From: Callorhinchus milii
Taxonomy: Eukaryota
Reading direction: 5' to 3'
NCBI RefSeq assembly: GCF_018977255.1
Contig: NW_024704742.1
Span: 59,460,001-59,524,000 of the forward strand
Length of the DNA: 64,000 nucleotides
The notes under the pieces are model-generated. The model made no database searches and had not been told where the DNA came from. It saw only the letters and a list, made by a program, of their open reading frames with translations. A program made the position numbers and the translations under genes. Each line of letters opens with the position of its first letter. The first letter of the stretch is position 1. Positions 62,956-64,000 of the stretch are shown here, in pieces.

Positions 62956-64000
62956 AACAACAACAATATTGCATTTGTATGGCGCCTTTCACATCAGGAG
63001 GACATCCCAAGGTGCTGGATAATCAATGTTTCGGATCCGAGCTGGGGGTCGGGATTGGGGAGGGTGGAGGGCAGGGGGAAAGGAGGGTGCCCGAAGTCAC
63101 GGTCAAAGAGGAAGATATTGATACGGGTCTTGAAGGAGGCAAGAGATAGGACAAGGTGGAGGGACAGTGGGATGAAGTTCCAGAGGTCGGGGCAGAGTAG
63201 GAGAAGGGCAGCCCACCGATGGTGGCAGGGGACGTGAAGCAGGCTAGAGCCCGCTGAGCAGTGGGAGTGTACAGGTTGGTAGGAGGTTAGAAGGTCACAG
63301 AGGTGGCGGGGAGCAAGGCCATGGAGGGCTTTGAAAGTGAGGACCAGGATCTTGAACTGTGTCCTCTGTATGATGGGAAGTCAGTGGAGTCGGGCAAGGA
63401 TGGGGTTGATAGGGTCGCGGAACCTGGTGTGAGTGAGGGCACAGGCTGCAAAGTTCTGGATGATCTGCAGCATATGGAGGGAGGTGTTGGGGAGGCCAAC
63501 AAGCAGAGCATTTGGTAGTCGAGCCTCGATGTTATGAATGCATGGATGAAAGTCTTGGCAGCCTGCGGTGTGAGACAGTGGCAGAGCCGGGTGATGTTGA
63601 ATAGGTGGCGGAAGGCAGAGCAGGTCATCGCATGGATGTGGGGTAGAAAGGATAGTTGAGGGTCAAACAAGACGCCAATGTTCCGGACTGATTCAAGGAC
63701 AGAACCATGAAGGTTGAGGTGAGAGGAGAGGCGGTGGAGGAGGATAGAGTGGTCAACTGTATCAATGCTAGCAGGGAGGTCAAGGAGGACAAGGAGGCAG
63801 AGAGCAAAATGTTGGTTGTCACTTTGAACAAACCTGTTTCTGTGCTGTGGGCAGTAGAAATCCAATTGGAGGGGTTCGTGAAGGGAGTGTCGGAGAGGAA
63901 GGAGTGAAGCTGGGAAGTAACAACTCATTCCACGACCTTGGAAAGGAAAGGGAGGTTGGAGATGGGATGGTAGTTTGAGAGTAGGGATGGGTCCAGGGAG
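62956..64000 (-). mobile_element. L2 LINE with an internal deletion of the RT core, running off the window; another L2 tail lies at ~62730-62900
   Basis: LLVLLDLPASIDTVDH...LHGSVL is joined directly to SVRNIGVLFD, so the GVPQG/YADD segment is missing (junction ~63692). Confidence 0.88.

Overview
Vertebrate, AT-rich, repeat-dense non-coding DNA, either intergenic or a large intron. The repeat complement points to a cartilaginous fish, possibly a chimaera such as Callorhinchus; this is inferred from the repeat types and not verified. I found no supportable host protein-coding exon, rRNA, genuine tRNA gene or CRISPR array. The protein-like ORFs in the track are broken ORF2 (reverse transcriptase/endonuclease) pieces of CR1- and L2-clade LINEs, and the rest look like noise. 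The window holds CR1 LINE fragments (one young), many L2 fragments, a young tRNA-Ala-headed SINE that shares its 3' stem-loop with the local L2 and occurs in long and short subfamilies, older DeuSINE (SacSINE1-like) copies, and a Penelope-type repeat with a decayed hammerhead ribozyme. The less easily explained signals are: a 136-bp ungapped two-copy element with a possibly covarying stem, one copy bracketed by 42-bp direct repeats; a 39-bp sequence shared beyond the tails of two SINE copies; an unclassified ~250-bp three-copy repeat; and tiny inverted-repeat elements with TTAA ends. I see no evidence of a new multi-gene system. Boundaries of old repeats are approximate, and all family assignments come from motif recognition, not database searches.
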